NCBI GenBank assembly: GCA_000995965.1
Contig: LBYD01000001.1
Span: 76,923-140,922, forward strand
Source of the DNA: Candidatus Moranbacteria bacterium GW2011_GWC2_40_12
GTDB lineage: Bacteria > Patescibacteriota > Minisyncoccia > Moranbacterales > UBA11712
Reading direction: 5' to 3'
DNA length: 64,000 nucleotides
Of this stretch, positions 62,967-64,000 are shown piece by piece (the first letter of the stretch is position 1; each line of letters begins with the position of its first letter). The position numbers and the translations under genes are program-made. The notes below the pieces were generated by a model. The model worked only from the letters and a program-made list of their open reading frames with translations. It was not told the origin of the DNA and ran no database searches.

Positions 62967-64000
62967 TTAGAAGAAAACGGACGGATCCCCTTGCGAATTG
63001 ACATCCAAATTGCTTTCAAAATCAATCATATCTTTGTTTTTGAATTCAATTCTGGCCTTTTCCGCGTTCCATTGATAGTCCTTCAAAAAAACCGCCACGT
63101 CGTATTTTTTCATCTGATCCAGAAGCCAATCACCGAAAGTGACTGTTTTCACGAAAATTTGGCGTATGCGGACGAGATTTTCTCCTTCTTCAATTTTCTT
63201 TTCTTCCAGTTTTATAATGTGAAATCCGAGAGAACTTCTTATTACCGGACTAATCTCACCGACTTGCATAGAAAAAGCTTTCTCGGAAATTTCGGGAACA
63301 AGCTGGCTCTCAGTCGACCAACCAAGATCCCCGCCGTTTTTCGCGCTTTCTCCCTCTGAAGTTTCCGTTGCGACTTTGGCAAAATCTTCTTTTTTCGAGG
63401 CAACTCTTTCGCGGAGCGAATTTGCCTTCGCCTCTTGTTCGGCAATATCTATTTCATTTTTATAAATTTCGGACAGCTTGCCGGCATATAGTTCCGGCTT
63501 CACGACTTTTTTCTTGAAATCATCTAAGCTCCAGCCATAAAGACGGGCCAAATCACTCATCAGGTTCTGGCGGTTGCCGAATTCATCTATGCTTGAGTTT
63601 ACCTGCTGATCTACGATCGCATCTGTTATACTAATGTCCCTTTTTTCCGCCAAAGCAATAACAATCTTGTTTTCTACCAGCTTATTGATAATTCCCTTTT
63701 CCGTCACCTTAAGCCTTTTTTCGCCCTGTTCGGTGCTGAAATCAACGCGCATTCCGACTTTGTCAAAGTCTTGAGATTCATAGAATTTCCTTATCGCCTG
63801 ATTATCTTCCTTGATTTCATCAATATTTATAAAGCCAGCTCCCTTTATATATAAGGCTGGGAAAGGAATGGCGTTTTCCGCGGTTTTTAGGAGACGATTA
63901 TCCCAATCAGAGCGGTATACCCCAAAAATAAGAGCGGCTAAGGTCAAAAAAATAAGGAGTGCGGCGAGGAATATCCAAATCGCCAAATTTTTTGATTTTT
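62967..64000 (-). CDS. Membrane-anchored parvulin-type peptidyl-prolyl isomerase (PrsA/SurA-like), probably 5'-truncated by the window edge
   Basis: GGDLGWSTESQLVPEISEKAFSMQVGEISPVIRSSLGFHIIKL (PpiC domain). The frame stays open to base 64000, and the TTG at 63986 may not be the true start. Confidence 0.8.
   Translation of the reverse strand, partial: KSKNLAIWIFLAALLIFLTLAALIFGVYRSDWDNRLLKTAENAIPFPALYIKGAGFINIDEIKEDNQAIRKFYESQDFDKVGMRVDFSTEQGEKRLKVTEKGIINKLVENKIVIALAEKRDISITDAIVDQQVNSSIDEFGNRQNLMSDLARLYGWSLDDFKKKVVKPELYAGKLSEIYKNEIDIAEQEAKANSLRERVASKKEDFAKVATETSEGESAKNGGDLGWSTESQLVPEISEKAFSMQVGEISPVIRSSLGFHIIKLEEKKIEEGENLVRIRQIFVKTVTFGDWLLDQMKKYDVAVFLKDYQWNAEKARIEFKNKDMIDFESNLDVNSQGDPSVFF

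Noticed and set aside
1-64000. Alternative genetic code (UGA recoding, as in some candidate phyla)
   Set aside because: Many well-supported genes end at TGA (for example 2273-2275, 11332-11334, 53815-53817). An RF2 gene with a UGA-based autoregulatory frameshift is also present.

Overview
This is an AT-rich, very compact bacterial window. Genes frequently overlap by 1-17 nt, and some converging genes abut with no spacer. Gene content and style suggest a small-genome Patescibacteria/CPR-like organism. That placement is an inference from reading the sequence, not a database result.

About two thirds of the window is one long cell-envelope glycosylation region:
- a complete split ADP-heptose pathway (gmhA, hldA, gmhB, hldC), a GT2-GT9 heptosyltransferase fusion and an SDR epimerase
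- at least 6 GT4-type and 5 GT2-type transferases
- four large GT-C-like polytopic membrane proteins
- a TagA-like GT26, a Wzx flippase, an O-antigen-ligase/polymerase-like protein and an LCP ligase

Housekeeping genes are interspersed: gltX, nifS-nifU, rpmA, pyrG, rplI, ctp, rpoD, folD, priA-def-fmt, groES, ftsEX, prfB, a parvulin PPIase, and tRNA-Gln, tRNA-Gly and tRNA-Thr.

The observations most worth a second look:
1. The primary sigma factor carries a ~301-aa C-terminal extension with a tandem 54-aa repeat and a second HTH-like tail.
2. A tRNA-Gln locus holds a 377-bp GIY-YIG cassette between two 50-nt direct repeats made of the tRNA 5' part. This leaves a promoter-proximal pseudo-tRNA with twin GC hairpins.
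3. Directly downstream lies a visibly G+C-richer two-gene islet: a secreted protein and a patatin-like lipase.
4. The ADP-heptose/GT9 module is divergently paired with a Ser/Thr-rich periodic surface protein.
5. The PriA homolog keeps its zinc cluster, but every ATPase motif is degenerate.
6. A dispersed AATTAGTAATTCGTAAT / TACGAAT motif family sits just upstream of start codons.
7. A 21-bp helix compatible with G-U wobble brackets tRNA-Thr.

prfB shows the classical CTT TGA C +1 frameshift, so UGA is a stop codon here. No CRISPR array, rRNA gene or integrase/transposase was seen. All functional calls rest on motif recognition by eye, with no searches run.
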